Positions 1-8,371 of a stretch of DNA of 64,000 nucleotides are shown here, one piece after another. How positions within the stretch are numbered: the first letter of the stretch is position 1; each line of letters begins with the position of its first letter. This stretch comes from Acidobacteriota bacterium. Lineage in GTDB: Bacteria; Acidobacteriota; Thermoanaerobaculia; Multivoradales; UBA5704. The notes beneath the pieces were generated by a model. The model did no database searches, was not told where the DNA came from, and saw only the letters and a program-made list of their open reading frames with translations. A program made the translations under genes and the position numbers. Location: the NCBI GenBank assembly GCA_040005235.1, contig JBDTZG010000005.1, positions 32,001-96,000 of the forward strand, given 5' to 3'.

Positions 1-217
1 CCAGGATCTGATCTTCGCGGGCTAGCCTTGGGTTGACCAGCAAATCGACGACCTCGATTCGATAGCGGCCAGCGAGGTGCTCCTCGCACAGCAGTTTCAG
101 GTTCTTGAAGGCGGTGACCGATTTCGGGGTCTGGCCGGCGACGTAGAGCCGCAGCTCCCAGATCTCTTCCGCACCCGCCCTCGCGGTCGGCGGTTCCTGT
201 TCACTGACGGATGTCAT
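1..217 (-). CDS. kaiB: Circadian clock protein KaiB family, 3' end outside window
   Basis: Manual translation, absent from the ORF track: [72 protein letters not shown]. Matches the KaiB signature LRLYVAG.TP.S...NL..LCE.HL...Y.IEV.D. GAGGA RBS upstream. Confidence 0.9.
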   Translation of the reverse strand, partial: MTSVSEQEPPTARAGAEEIWELRLYVAGQTPKSVTAFKNLKLLCEEHLAGRYRIEVVDLLVNPRLAREDQIL

Positions 218-272
218 GACCGTGTCCTCAAGGTTTCGTTAACGAGGCGCGGCAACCCACCCCCGTTCCTTG

Positions 273-288
273 AGCAAGATTCAAGCCC
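273..288 (-). promoter_or_regulatory. Possible sigma-54 promoter for kaiB
   Basis: Minus strand GGGCTTGAATCTTGCT: GG-N10-GC spacing with a perfect TTGCT -12 box and a degenerate -24 box. Confidence 0.4.
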
Positions 289-381
289 ACTGACCCTCAC
301 CCCGAGCCTCCGCGCCGCTTCCCAGGAAGCGGGCCGGCCCGGCAAATGTTTCCGTCGGCTTTTTTCCCCTCCCCGGACCCG

Positions 382-1677
382 TTACTTCTGCTCCGGGAAC
401 TTGAAGCCGATATAGGTTCCGGAGCTGAGCCCCATCAGCCCCAGAAGCGTGGCGCTGAACTCCGGCATCGTCAGGTCGTTGTAGACCGACGAGATGAACA
501 TGATCCCGAGCAGAATCGTCCAGGCGAAGATCTGGAAGCGGTGGAAGCTGTAGCCCGAGCTGTCGGCCAGGAGGTCGAGCAGAAAACCCCGGGTGACGCC
601 CGAGGCCGCCGTGGGGTTGAGGGACTGGATCTGCAAGCTCAACTGAGAGAGCCGGGTACGGCAGTCCTGAATCTGCCGGTTGAGGCTGTCGCGGTTGGCG
701 AGCTCCTCAGGTGCCAGGTTCGTGCGAACGCTCATCCCGTCGGCCTGCGCCTGGAGTGCCGGCAGGCTCTGTTCGACCGCCTGTTTCTCGGCAGAAAGAT
801 CCTGAAGCTTGGCCGCGTTCGCATTGTCCTTGCCGGAATCGATCAACGCCTCGCTCAGGGCGGTGCCGGCGCTGATGCCCATCAGGGCGAGCAGGGAGGC
901 GGTGATCGTGTCGAGCGAGCCGGTGACCAGCCAGATCCCGAGATACGAGACGTAGATCAAGAAAAACCAGAACGCCATCTGCGTCCGCCCCAGGTTATAG
1001 GGCCGGAGCTTGCCGCCCGCCGGGGCCGGCCCGGTCTCGCGGATCAGGTTCGTCCTCCGCGCGAGCCAAAGCAACAGAAACATCGTCACCAGGGTGAGGA
1101 TCACGGCGATCACCCCGTACCAGGACGAGATCACCGTCAGCGGGACACGGTTGGCGAGGCCAAAGTCGGTGTCGAAGGAAGAGTGCGACTCACCTTCGAG
1201 CCCGACGCTCAATGTGACCGGGTGACTGAGGCTGATCGGGGCGCCCAGCAGGTCGGTCCAGATCTCCCGGTTCTCGGGCGTCAGCTCAAGGTGGTACGAG
1301 AGCAGGCCCCGGGCCGGCTCGATCTCGTCCGGTGTGTTGCCGCGGATGGCCCGGCCGTTGATATAGGGGACGAGCTTGCCGGGGTCGTTCGTCTTCGACC
1401 ACTCGGCCAAGTGGTCGACCCGCAACCGGATCAGGCCGTCGAGCTCGAGATGTCCTTCGACGATCTCGACCACCTTCGGCGCCGTGGAGACCGGCGCGGC
1501 TGCCGCTTTCGGGGAGGCCGGAACCGCTGCAGCGCTGGTCGCGGGCGCCGAATTTGAAGCCTGCGGACTCGTGTCGCCCGATTCCGTGCCTTGCGCCCGG
1601 AGGGACCAAGGGGGAACGACCAGCGCGAGCGCAACGAGACAAACCGGCCACAGAATACCTGCCGCTTTCGGTCGCAT
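382..1677 (-). CDS. Hypothetical membrane protein (signal peptide, multiple TM helices, central coiled coil)
   Basis: Long ORF with a signal-like N-terminus (MRPKAAGILWPVCLVALALVV) and hydrophobic blocks around YNLGRTQMAFWFFL and FHRFQIFAWT. Start chosen at ATG 1677. Confidence 0.7.
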   Translation of the reverse strand: MRPKAAGILWPVCLVALALVVPPWSLRAQGTESGDTSPQASNSAPATSAAAVPASPKAAAAPVSTAPKVVEIVEGHLELDGLIRLRVDHLAEWSKTNDPGKLVPYINGRAIRGNTPDEIEPARGLLSYHLELTPENREIWTDLLGAPISLSHPVTLSVGLEGESHSSFDTDFGLANRVPLTVISSWYGVIAVILTLVTMFLLLWLARRTNLIRETGPAPAGGKLRPYNLGRTQMAFWFFLIYVSYLGIWLVTGSLDTITASLLALMGISAGTALSEALIDSGKDNANAAKLQDLSAEKQAVEQSLPALQAQADGMSVRTNLAPEELANRDSLNRQIQDCRTRLSQLSLQIQSLNPTAASGVTRGFLLDLLADSSGYSFHRFQIFAWTILLGIMFISSVYNDLTMPEFSATLLGLMGLSSGTYIGFKFPEQK

Positions 1678-1848
1678 GCTTCCTCCGATGAGAGGGCGGA
1701 AGGTTAACCCGATTTCCTGCGGAGGCAAACCTATCGAAGCCGTATCTCTGCGGAATCGAGGCCCCGAGCGGCAAGTGAGTCAAGTCGTGAAATCCCCGAG
1801 CGGCCGCTCGGACGGTGCCGCTCGGGGAGTGGGGAGGAGCAAGGGAGG

Positions 1849-4182
1849 TCAGGCCGGCAGGTGGCGATCCCAGTTGCGGTGCTTGCCCACGGCCGCGACG
1901 AACGAAGACGAATCGCGTGTGATGGCCCAGTCCGAATTTCGGTCGTTCGGCACTCCGGCCGCCGCAAGTCTTTTCTCTCCTGCGCCCTCGACCAGAATCG
2001 CCTTGCAGTGCCTGTATTGGTCACGCAGGAAGTCGAGCGCCGGGCTCTGGGAGCTCGCGTCGCTAACCTCCCCGTCGGGAACGACCACGGCGTCGAACAG
2101 CACCGAGGGCATTGTCTCGAAGGTGGCATCCGCTTCCAACGAGCCCTCGGACGTCCGCATCGTTCCAAGCCGTTCCCCGACCAGCTTGACCACTGCGCCG
2201 GCGCCGGTCAGGAATTCGCGGGTCTTAAGCACCGACCGCGCCGCGGGCTTCGCGTCGACCAAAATCGCGATTTTCCGTCCGCGGATATCGCCCTCGCCGG
2301 GTCGGAAGGTGAGGGACAAGGCAGGCGACTTGGCGACCTCCGGGGCCGGCTGGTCGCTCAACAACCGCGGCATCGGCTTGGGCAGCGGGATGCCCAGGCC
2401 GCCAGCGACCTCCCGAGCGAGGTCGTCGGAAACATTGCGCAGCATTGACACCACGCGCTCCCGGATCGCCGGCACCTGCACCTTGGTCAGCTCGAAGCGG
2501 AAGCCGCGCACGATGTGCGCCCGCTCGTACTCCGTCTGGCTGTTCCAGAACAGAGTCGCCTGGGAGTAGTGATCGGCGAACCGCTCCGGCTTGCCGCGCA
2601 CCTTGTCGCCCTCGACCGGTTCGGGGAAGCTGACGAACCCAGCCTTCCCGGCCTGGAACGGACAGCCGCCGGCGAGCGAATTGGGCTCGTAGGCAATGCG
2701 GCCGCGATGGATCGCCTGGCGGTGCAGGCCGTCGCGCTGGTTGTTGTGCGCCTGAGCCAGGGGCGAGTTGATCGGGATCTCGTGGAAGTTCGGTCCGCCG
2801 AGGCGCGACAACTGGGTGTCGAAATAAGAGTGGATACGCCCCGCGAGCAGCGGATCGTTGGAGAAATCGATGCCGGGCACCAAGTTCTGGACCCCGAACG
2901 CCACCTGCTCGGTCTCGGCGAAGAAGTTGTCGGGATTCCGGTTGAGCACCATCCGGCCGACCGGAACCACGGGCACCAACTCCTCGGGGACGAGCTTGGT
3001 TGCGTCGAGGATGTCGAAGCTGAAGGCTTCCGCTTGCTCTTCGGTGAAGATCTGGAGGCCCAGCTCATACTCCGGGAAGTTCCCGGCCTCGATCGAATCC
3101 CACAGTTCGCGGCGGTGAAAGTCCGAATCGGCACCCGAGATCTTGACCGCCTCGTCCCAATCGAGAGAGTGGGTCCCCGCACGCGGCGTCCAGTGGAACT
3201 TGACGAACCGCGAGGCGCCCCGAGCGTTGACCAGCCGGAAGGTGTGAACGCCGAAGCCCTGCATGGTGCGCAAGCTGCGCGGCACCGCGCGATCCGACAT
3301 CACCCACATCAGCATGTGGGTCGATTCGGGCATCAACGAGACGAAGTCCCAGAACGTGTCGTGCGCACTCGCGGCCTGCGGCATCCCGTGGTGGGGCTCG
3401 GGCTTGAGCGCATGCACGAGGTCGGGAAACTTCATCGCGTCCTGGATGAAGAACACCGGAATGTTGTTGCCGACGAGGTCGAAGTTCCCCTCGTCGGTGT
3501 AGAACTTGGTCGCGAAGCCTCGCGCGTCGCGCGCCGTGTCGGTCGAGCCGCGCTCTCCGGCGACGGTCGAGAAGCGCACGAAGACCGGCGTCCGCTTGCC
3601 CTCTTCGGAAAGAAACGAGGCGCGCGTGTACTTCGACAGCGGGGAGTAGCACTCGAAATAACCGTGGGCGGCGGAGCCCCGCGCGTGAACGATCCGCTCG
3701 GGAATGCGCTCGTGGTCGAAGTGGGTGATCTTCTCGCGGAGGATGAAGTCCTCCAACAGGGCGGGGCCGCGGAGCCCTGCCTTGAGCGAATTCTGGTTGT
3801 CGGAAATCGGCTGACCGAAGTTCGTAGTCAGAGCCCGGCCCCCCGAATCGACCCGCACCCTGTCGAGCGGTTCGTTGCCGGGATTGAACCCGGCGCGCGC
3901 CGGATCCCCGGTCTTGCCCGACGGATTCGCCTCGGTGAGAGTGCTCGCGGTGACCGACGGATCGGACGGCTCGACGACGAAGCCGGCCCTTGGATTCCGC
4001 GCCGCGTCGCCGATCTCGAACGCTTTGTTGCGGTTCATCGGAAAGGCGGCTGCGAGCGGCTGCGCCTCAAGCGCCCGCCGCGCGGACGGATCGCCGCTTT
4101 CGTCAGGTGGATTCTTCTGGTTTTTTTGCCCGCTCTCGCCAGCAGCTTTTACAGATTGCCGGGACCGCTTTGGATTTGCCAT
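1849..4182 (-). CDS. katE: Large-subunit catalase HPII with C-terminal DJ-1/GATase-like domain
   Basis: Motifs [58 protein letters not shown] and [28 protein letters not shown] before ATG 4182. Confidence 0.95.
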   Translation of the reverse strand: MANPKRSRQSVKAAGESGQKNQKNPPDESGDPSARRALEAQPLAAAFPMNRNKAFEIGDAARNPRAGFVVEPSDPSVTASTLTEANPSGKTGDPARAGFNPGNEPLDRVRVDSGGRALTTNFGQPISDNQNSLKAGLRGPALLEDFILREKITHFDHERIPERIVHARGSAAHGYFECYSPLSKYTRASFLSEEGKRTPVFVRFSTVAGERGSTDTARDARGFATKFYTDEGNFDLVGNNIPVFFIQDAMKFPDLVHALKPEPHHGMPQAASAHDTFWDFVSLMPESTHMLMWVMSDRAVPRSLRTMQGFGVHTFRLVNARGASRFVKFHWTPRAGTHSLDWDEAVKISGADSDFHRRELWDSIEAGNFPEYELGLQIFTEEQAEAFSFDILDATKLVPEELVPVVPVGRMVLNRNPDNFFAETEQVAFGVQNLVPGIDFSNDPLLAGRIHSYFDTQLSRLGGPNFHEIPINSPLAQAHNNQRDGLHRQAIHRGRIAYEPNSLAGGCPFQAGKAGFVSFPEPVEGDKVRGKPERFADHYSQATLFWNSQTEYERAHIVRGFRFELTKVQVPAIRERVVSMLRNVSDDLAREVAGGLGIPLPKPMPRLLSDQPAPEVAKSPALSLTFRPGEGDIRGRKIAILVDAKPAARSVLKTREFLTGAGAVVKLVGERLGTMRTSEGSLEADATFETMPSVLFDAVVVPDGEVSDASSQSPALDFLRDQYRHCKAILVEGAGEKRLAAAGVPNDRNSDWAITRDSSSFVAAVGKHRNWDRHLPA

Positions 4183-4209
4183 CGTGTGTGTGCCTCCCCG
4201 GGGACGGGG

Positions 4210-4225
4210 AGCAAGGGGAGTGCCA
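4210..4225 (-). promoter_or_regulatory. Sigma-54 (-24/-12) promoter of katE
   Basis: Minus strand TGGCACTCCCCTTGCT is a near-perfect TGGCAC-N5-TTGCW, about 28 nt upstream of the katE start. Confidence 0.75.
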
Positions 4226-4429
4226 TGGGATCTCACTCCGAGACTGGCTTGGGTCTGGAGAGGAAAGCCACGTGAACCCGGAAAAGCCTTCCCCAGGTTC
4301 GGCAAGAGCTGCCCCCATCTCGCTATCGGGTCCTGCGCCGGCCGTGAATCGCCGAAACCGTCGAACGGCACCGGCTTCACGCTGAGGGGCGCGGCCGCTC
4401 GCAAGTTGTCGAAGGAAAGGGACTTACGA

Positions 4430-4504
4430 TGGAGCGGGAGACGGGATTCGAACCCGCGACCAACAGCTTGGAAGGCTGTGACTCTACCCCTGAGTTACTC
4501 CCGC
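4430..4504 (-). tRNA. tRNA-Gly (anticodon TCC)
   Basis: Reverse complement GCGGGAGTAACTCAGGGGTAGAGTCACAGCCTTCCAAGCTGTTGGTCGCGGGTTCGAATCCCGTCTCCCGCTCCA: GCGGGAG/CTCCCGC acceptor stem, TTCGAA T-loop, encoded CCA. Confidence 0.97.
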
Positions 4505-4719
4505 CCGGGGCCGTGCGACGTCGGGCAGTTTAAACGATTCGGGCGGTGGGGCGCTAGGCGGACTCCAGGCGTGCCGGCGTTCCACCTCGCCTGAGTGGCC
4601 GGTGCTATGGTGGGGAGGTAGTCGGCCCTCGCTTCGCTCCTCCCATTTTTTGGCATTGGATCCTGGGGACGCCTTGGAGGTCTCCATGCCGTGCGTCGCG
4701 GCGATTGGAAGAGGGACAC

Positions 4720-5469
4720 GTGAAGAAGCCGCCGGACAGTGAATCGAACGACCGCAGCGGAGAGCTGGCCGAGCAGCGGGCCTTGGCCGCGGCAACGGCT
4801 CTGCGCGAAGCCAAGTCGTTTGCTCGGCGCTTGGTGGAGGTGCAGGAAAACGAGCGGCGCAGCATCGCCCGGGAGCTGCACGACGAGGCCGCTCAGGCGC
4901 TCGCCTCGCTGCGCTACGGACTGCGGCTGCTGGAGCGGGAGATCGAAGAGGGAGGCAGCGTCACCGAGCGGGTAGCGGAGTTGATGCAGCGAACCGACGC
5001 GGTGATCGACAGCCTGCACCGGCTGGTTGCGGATCTTCGACCGGCAAGTCTCGATCACCTGGGGCTCGAAGCGGCTCTACGTGAATATTCACGGTCGGCG
5101 GCGTCGAAGTTCGGACTCGACGTTCGCTTCAAGGCACGCGGGTTCGGCAGCGAACGGCTCCCCCAGGTCGTCGAGACGGCTCTCTATCGGGTGGTCCAGG
5201 AGGCGATGGTCAACGTCGCGCGCCACGCCCGCGCGGCCCGGGTCGACGTGTTGTTGGAGCATCGCGGCGATCGGGTGATGGTGATGATCGAGGACAACGG
5301 GGTCGGCTTCGAGCCGGATCTCGTGGAGCGCGGTGATCATTTCGGTCTCTTGGGAATCCAGGAACGTGCGGAGGCTTTGGGCGGGACGCTGACCTTGGAG
5401 AGCGCTCCCGGAACCGGGACCACAATCGTAGTGGAGGTGGCGAGTGCCGATCCGGATCCTGATCGCTGA
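4720..5469 (+). CDS. Cytoplasmic histidine kinase, HisKA_3 (NarX/UhpB type), no evident sensor domain
   Basis: ENERRSIARELHDE H-box, QEAMVNVARH N-box, EDNGVGF and GLLGIQER. GTG start after GAGGGA. Confidence 0.9.
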   Translation: MKKPPDSESNDRSGELAEQRALAAATALREAKSFARRLVEVQENERRSIARELHDEAAQALASLRYGLRLLEREIEEGGSVTERVAELMQRTDAVIDSLHRLVADLRPASLDHLGLEAALREYSRSAASKFGLDVRFKARGFGSERLPQVVETALYRVVQEAMVNVARHARAARVDVLLEHRGDRVMVMIEDNGVGFEPDLVERGDHFGLLGIQERAEALGGTLTLESAPGTGTTIVVEVASADPDPDR

Positions 5470-6082
5470 CGACCATGCCGTCGTCCGTTCCGGGCTTCGC
5501 GCCCTGCTGTGCGCCGCCCACGATCTCGAAGTCGTGGGCGAGGCGGAAAACGGCGAGGAGACGCTGCGGCTCGCCGAGGAGCTCCGCCCCGACACGATTC
5601 TGCTCGATCTGACGATGCCGCCGGAAAACGGCATCAAGACCGCCGCCCGGTTGAAAGAGAGGCATCCGGAGATCATCATCTTGATCCTCACCATGCACGA
5701 GGACGAGAGCCTGCTGCACGAAGCGCTGCGCGCGGGCGCCGCCGGCTACCTGATCAAGCGGGCCGAAGAGGCGGAAATCCTCCAGGCGATTCGCGCGACA
5801 AATCAGGGCGACATCTACGTTCACCCCGCCATGACCCGCGCGCTCCTTCACCAGACGGTCACGACCGAGCACCGTCGCGGAGCGTCGCCCAGCCCGTTGA
5901 CCCGGCGCGAAGTCGACGTCTTGCGCCTGCTCGCCAAGGGCAACACCAACCGGCAGATCGCCGGCCTGCTCGGCCTTTCGATGCGCACGGTCGAGAACCA
6001 TCGCGCCAACCTGATGGGCAAGCTCGGGCTGGTCAGCCGGGTCGAGTTGGTGAACTACGCCGAAGAGCACCAGTTGCTCTAG
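5444..6082 (+). CDS. NarL/FixJ-family response regulator (REC + LuxR HTH)
   Basis: ILIADDHAVVRSGL, LLDLTMP and LTRREVDVLRLLAKGNTNRQIA...TVENHRANLMGKL. Confidence 0.95.
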   Translation: MPIRILIADDHAVVRSGLRALLCAAHDLEVVGEAENGEETLRLAEELRPDTILLDLTMPPENGIKTAARLKERHPEIIILILTMHEDESLLHEALRAGAAGYLIKRAEEAEILQAIRATNQGDIYVHPAMTRALLHQTVTTEHRRGASPSPLTRREVDVLRLLAKGNTNRQIAGLLGLSMRTVENHRANLMGKLGLVSRVELVNYAEEHQLL

Positions 6083-6202
6083 TCAGTTCCGCCCGGGTAG
6101 TTTATACTTAGTTCCGGATGGGGCTCTCGGGTAGAAATTGCTCTTCTCCGGGGCGTGCCGAGGGCTTAATCTTGGAGCATTCCTGAAAGGAAGGCACAGG
6201 CC

Positions 6203-6286
6203 ATGAGCACTACCACTCTGATCATCATCGTTCTGTTGATTCTCCTCCTCGGCGGCGGCGGTTTCTATTGGCGGGGCCGCAGATAA
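6203..6286 (+). CDS. 27-aa single-TM microprotein (DUF3309/lmo0937-like)
   Basis: Manual translation MSTTTLIIIVLLILLLGGGGFYWRGRR*, with AAGGAAGG RBS. Below the ORF-track size cutoff. Confidence 0.8.
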   Translation: MSTTTLIIIVLLILLLGGGGFYWRGRR

Positions 6287-6307
6287 CCGGTTGGACAAGG
6301 GGTCAAA

Positions 6308-7129
6308 ATGTCAAAGACCAAAACCGTCCGTCTCGTAACGGGCTTGGGCCTCGCCGTGCTGGTGGCGGGCGGCTTTTCAGCCTCTGCCCAAACCGCTCCT
6401 CCGCTGGGAACGCTGCAACACTTTGGCGTCTTGGGGCACTCGGGCGTGACCGGCTCCACCGGCTCGGGCACGATCGTCCAAGGAGACGTGGGCTCTTCGC
6501 CGACGGCGTCGATTTCGAACTTTCCACCCTCGAGCGTCGCTCCCGGGTTCGAAGTCCATTACATCAATGACTCGGCTGTGCAGCAGGCCCATGCCGATGC
6601 CATCACCGCCTACAACTTCTTGGCCGCGGAAGGTCCGGGCACGGTGCAAGCCGCGCAGCTGGATGGCGCCGTGCTGACCTCGGGGATCTATTCCTTCTCA
6701 GGCGGCGCCGCCGATCTGGCGGCCAACGGAACCCTGACTCTCAACGGGCCGGGGATTTTCGTCTTCCAGGTGGATAGCACCCTCACCGCCAACATCAACT
6801 CGAATGTCGTGGGCACCGCCGATCCCTGCAGCGTCTATTGGCGGGTGGGCTCTTCGGCGACCCTGAACGGCCTCACCTTTCTGGGCAACGTCATCTCGGA
6901 TGCCAGTACCACCGTGGGCTCCGGGTCCAACGTCACGGGCCGGGCCGTTGCGGGGACCGGTGCTACCGGCGCGGTGACGATGGCCGGCTCCGGCGGCAAC
7001 TCAATCGGGGGATGCGCTTCGTCCTTCTCGGTGACCGAAGTCCCGGCGCTCGGCAGCTTCGGATTTACGAGCTTCGTAGCGCTGCTCGCACTGGCAGGGT
7101 TCGTTCTTCTAAAGCGGCTCTCCGTTTAG
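6308..7129 (+). CDS. Ice-binding-like (DUF3494) secreted protein with IPTL-CTERM-like C-terminal sorting signal
   Basis: Signal peptide; FGVLG...GDVG, AQQAHADAITAYN, GIY...GTLTL..FVFQV..TL, VYWRVGSSATL and GRA motifs; ends in VPALGSFG + TM helix + KR. Confidence 0.85.
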   Translation: MSKTKTVRLVTGLGLAVLVAGGFSASAQTAPPLGTLQHFGVLGHSGVTGSTGSGTIVQGDVGSSPTASISNFPPSSVAPGFEVHYINDSAVQQAHADAITAYNFLAAEGPGTVQAAQLDGAVLTSGIYSFSGGAADLAANGTLTLNGPGIFVFQVDSTLTANINSNVVGTADPCSVYWRVGSSATLNGLTFLGNVISDASTTVGSGSNVTGRAVAGTGATGAVTMAGSGGNSIGGCASSFSVTEVPALGSFGFTSFVALLALAGFVLLKRLSV

Positions 7130-7137
7130 CTCGCGCC

Positions 7138-7170
7138 ACCTCCCTCCCGCCTTTCGGGCGGGAGGGAGGT
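7138..7170. terminator. 14-bp perfect hairpin between convergent genes
   Basis: ACCTCCCTCCCGCC-TTTCG-GGCGGGAGGGAGGT. Confidence 0.7.
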
Positions 7171-7192
7171 ACGGTTCGTGGATGCCCAGGCC

Positions 7193-8206
7193 TCAGGGTT
7201 CCGAAAGCTGCACCAGTTGTTTGCCCTGGTTCTTGCCATGCAGCATCCCGATGAAGGCTTGCGGAGCGGACTCGATGCCCTGTGCAATGTCCTCCCGGTA
7301 TTTGAGTTTCCCTTCCTGCAGCCAGGCGGCGAGCTGCTCCAGGCCTTCGGGAAAGCGCTCGGCGAATTCCGAGACCAAGAAGCCTTCCACCTTCGCCTGT
7401 TTGACGATCAGCTGACAGAGCCAGCGCGGCCCCGGTTCGGGTCGCTCCAGGTTGTATTGCGAGATCTGTCCGCAGACGGCGATCCGCGCCTTCGGATTGA
7501 TCAGAAGCACGACGGCGTCGCTGACGCTTCCGCCGACGTTATCGAAATAGACGTCGACTCCGTCGGGGCAGAGGTCGCGTAGGCGGTGTTCGAAGTCCGC
7601 GTCGGTCTTGTAGTTGAAGGCCGCATCGAACCCGACCTCGTCGATCAGCCAGGAGACTTTGGCGTCGGAACCTGCGACACCGATGACGCGGCAGCCTTTG
7701 ATCTTCGCAATCTGGCCAACCAGCATTCCGACTGGACCGGCGGCCCCGGATACCACGACGGTTTCCCCTCGCTGGGGTTTGCAGACGTCGAGCAGCCCGA
7801 AATAGGCCGTGAGCCCCGGCTGGCCCAGCACGCCGAGGGCGGTCGAGATCGGTGCGAGGAGAGGATCGATCTTTCTCACCTCGCGCCCCTCGATGGCGGC
7901 GTACTCCTGCCATCCGAGCATTCCCGCCACGGCATCCCCTGCCCGAAGGCGTGGATTCTGAGACTCAAGGACTACGGCAACCGCGCCGCCGGTCATGATC
8001 TCGCCGAGCGCTATCGGCCGGGCATCCGAAGGAACCGCGTTCATCCGCCCGCGCATGTAGGGATCGAGCGAGAGGTAGACCGATCGGACCAGCACCTCGC
8101 CTACGGAGAGCGACGGGAGAGGCGAGTAGTCGAGTTGGAAGTCCGAGACCTTGGGGAAGCCGATCGGCCGGGAAGCCAGGGTGATCCGCCTGTTCACAAT
8201 GGTCAT
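7193..8206 (-). CDS. NADP-dependent oxidoreductase (MDR family, CurA/PTGR-like)
   Basis: LASRP.G.P, YLSLDPYMRGRM, GLTAYFGL, VSGAAGPVG, YFDNVGG, CGQISQYN and NQGKQLV. Confidence 0.93.
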   Translation of the reverse strand: MTIVNRRITLASRPIGFPKVSDFQLDYSPLPSLSVGEVLVRSVYLSLDPYMRGRMNAVPSDARPIALGEIMTGGAVAVVLESQNPRLRAGDAVAGMLGWQEYAAIEGREVRKIDPLLAPISTALGVLGQPGLTAYFGLLDVCKPQRGETVVVSGAAGPVGMLVGQIAKIKGCRVIGVAGSDAKVSWLIDEVGFDAAFNYKTDADFEHRLRDLCPDGVDVYFDNVGGSVSDAVVLLINPKARIAVCGQISQYNLERPEPGPRWLCQLIVKQAKVEGFLVSEFAERFPEGLEQLAAWLQEGKLKYREDIAQGIESAPQAFIGMLHGKNQGKQLVQLSEP

Positions 8207-8371
8207 CGCCGGAGGCTAATCTTCCGGCCCGTCCGGGGGAAAGAGCACTTACTACCCGAACGCGGGATCGTGGTGTAGGTAGAAACCACCCTCGTGCACC
8301 ACGACTCGTTCCGGATTCGAAGGTCCGTAACATTGATGGGGTCCTCCCGTACAGGCAGGGGGAGGAACTTC

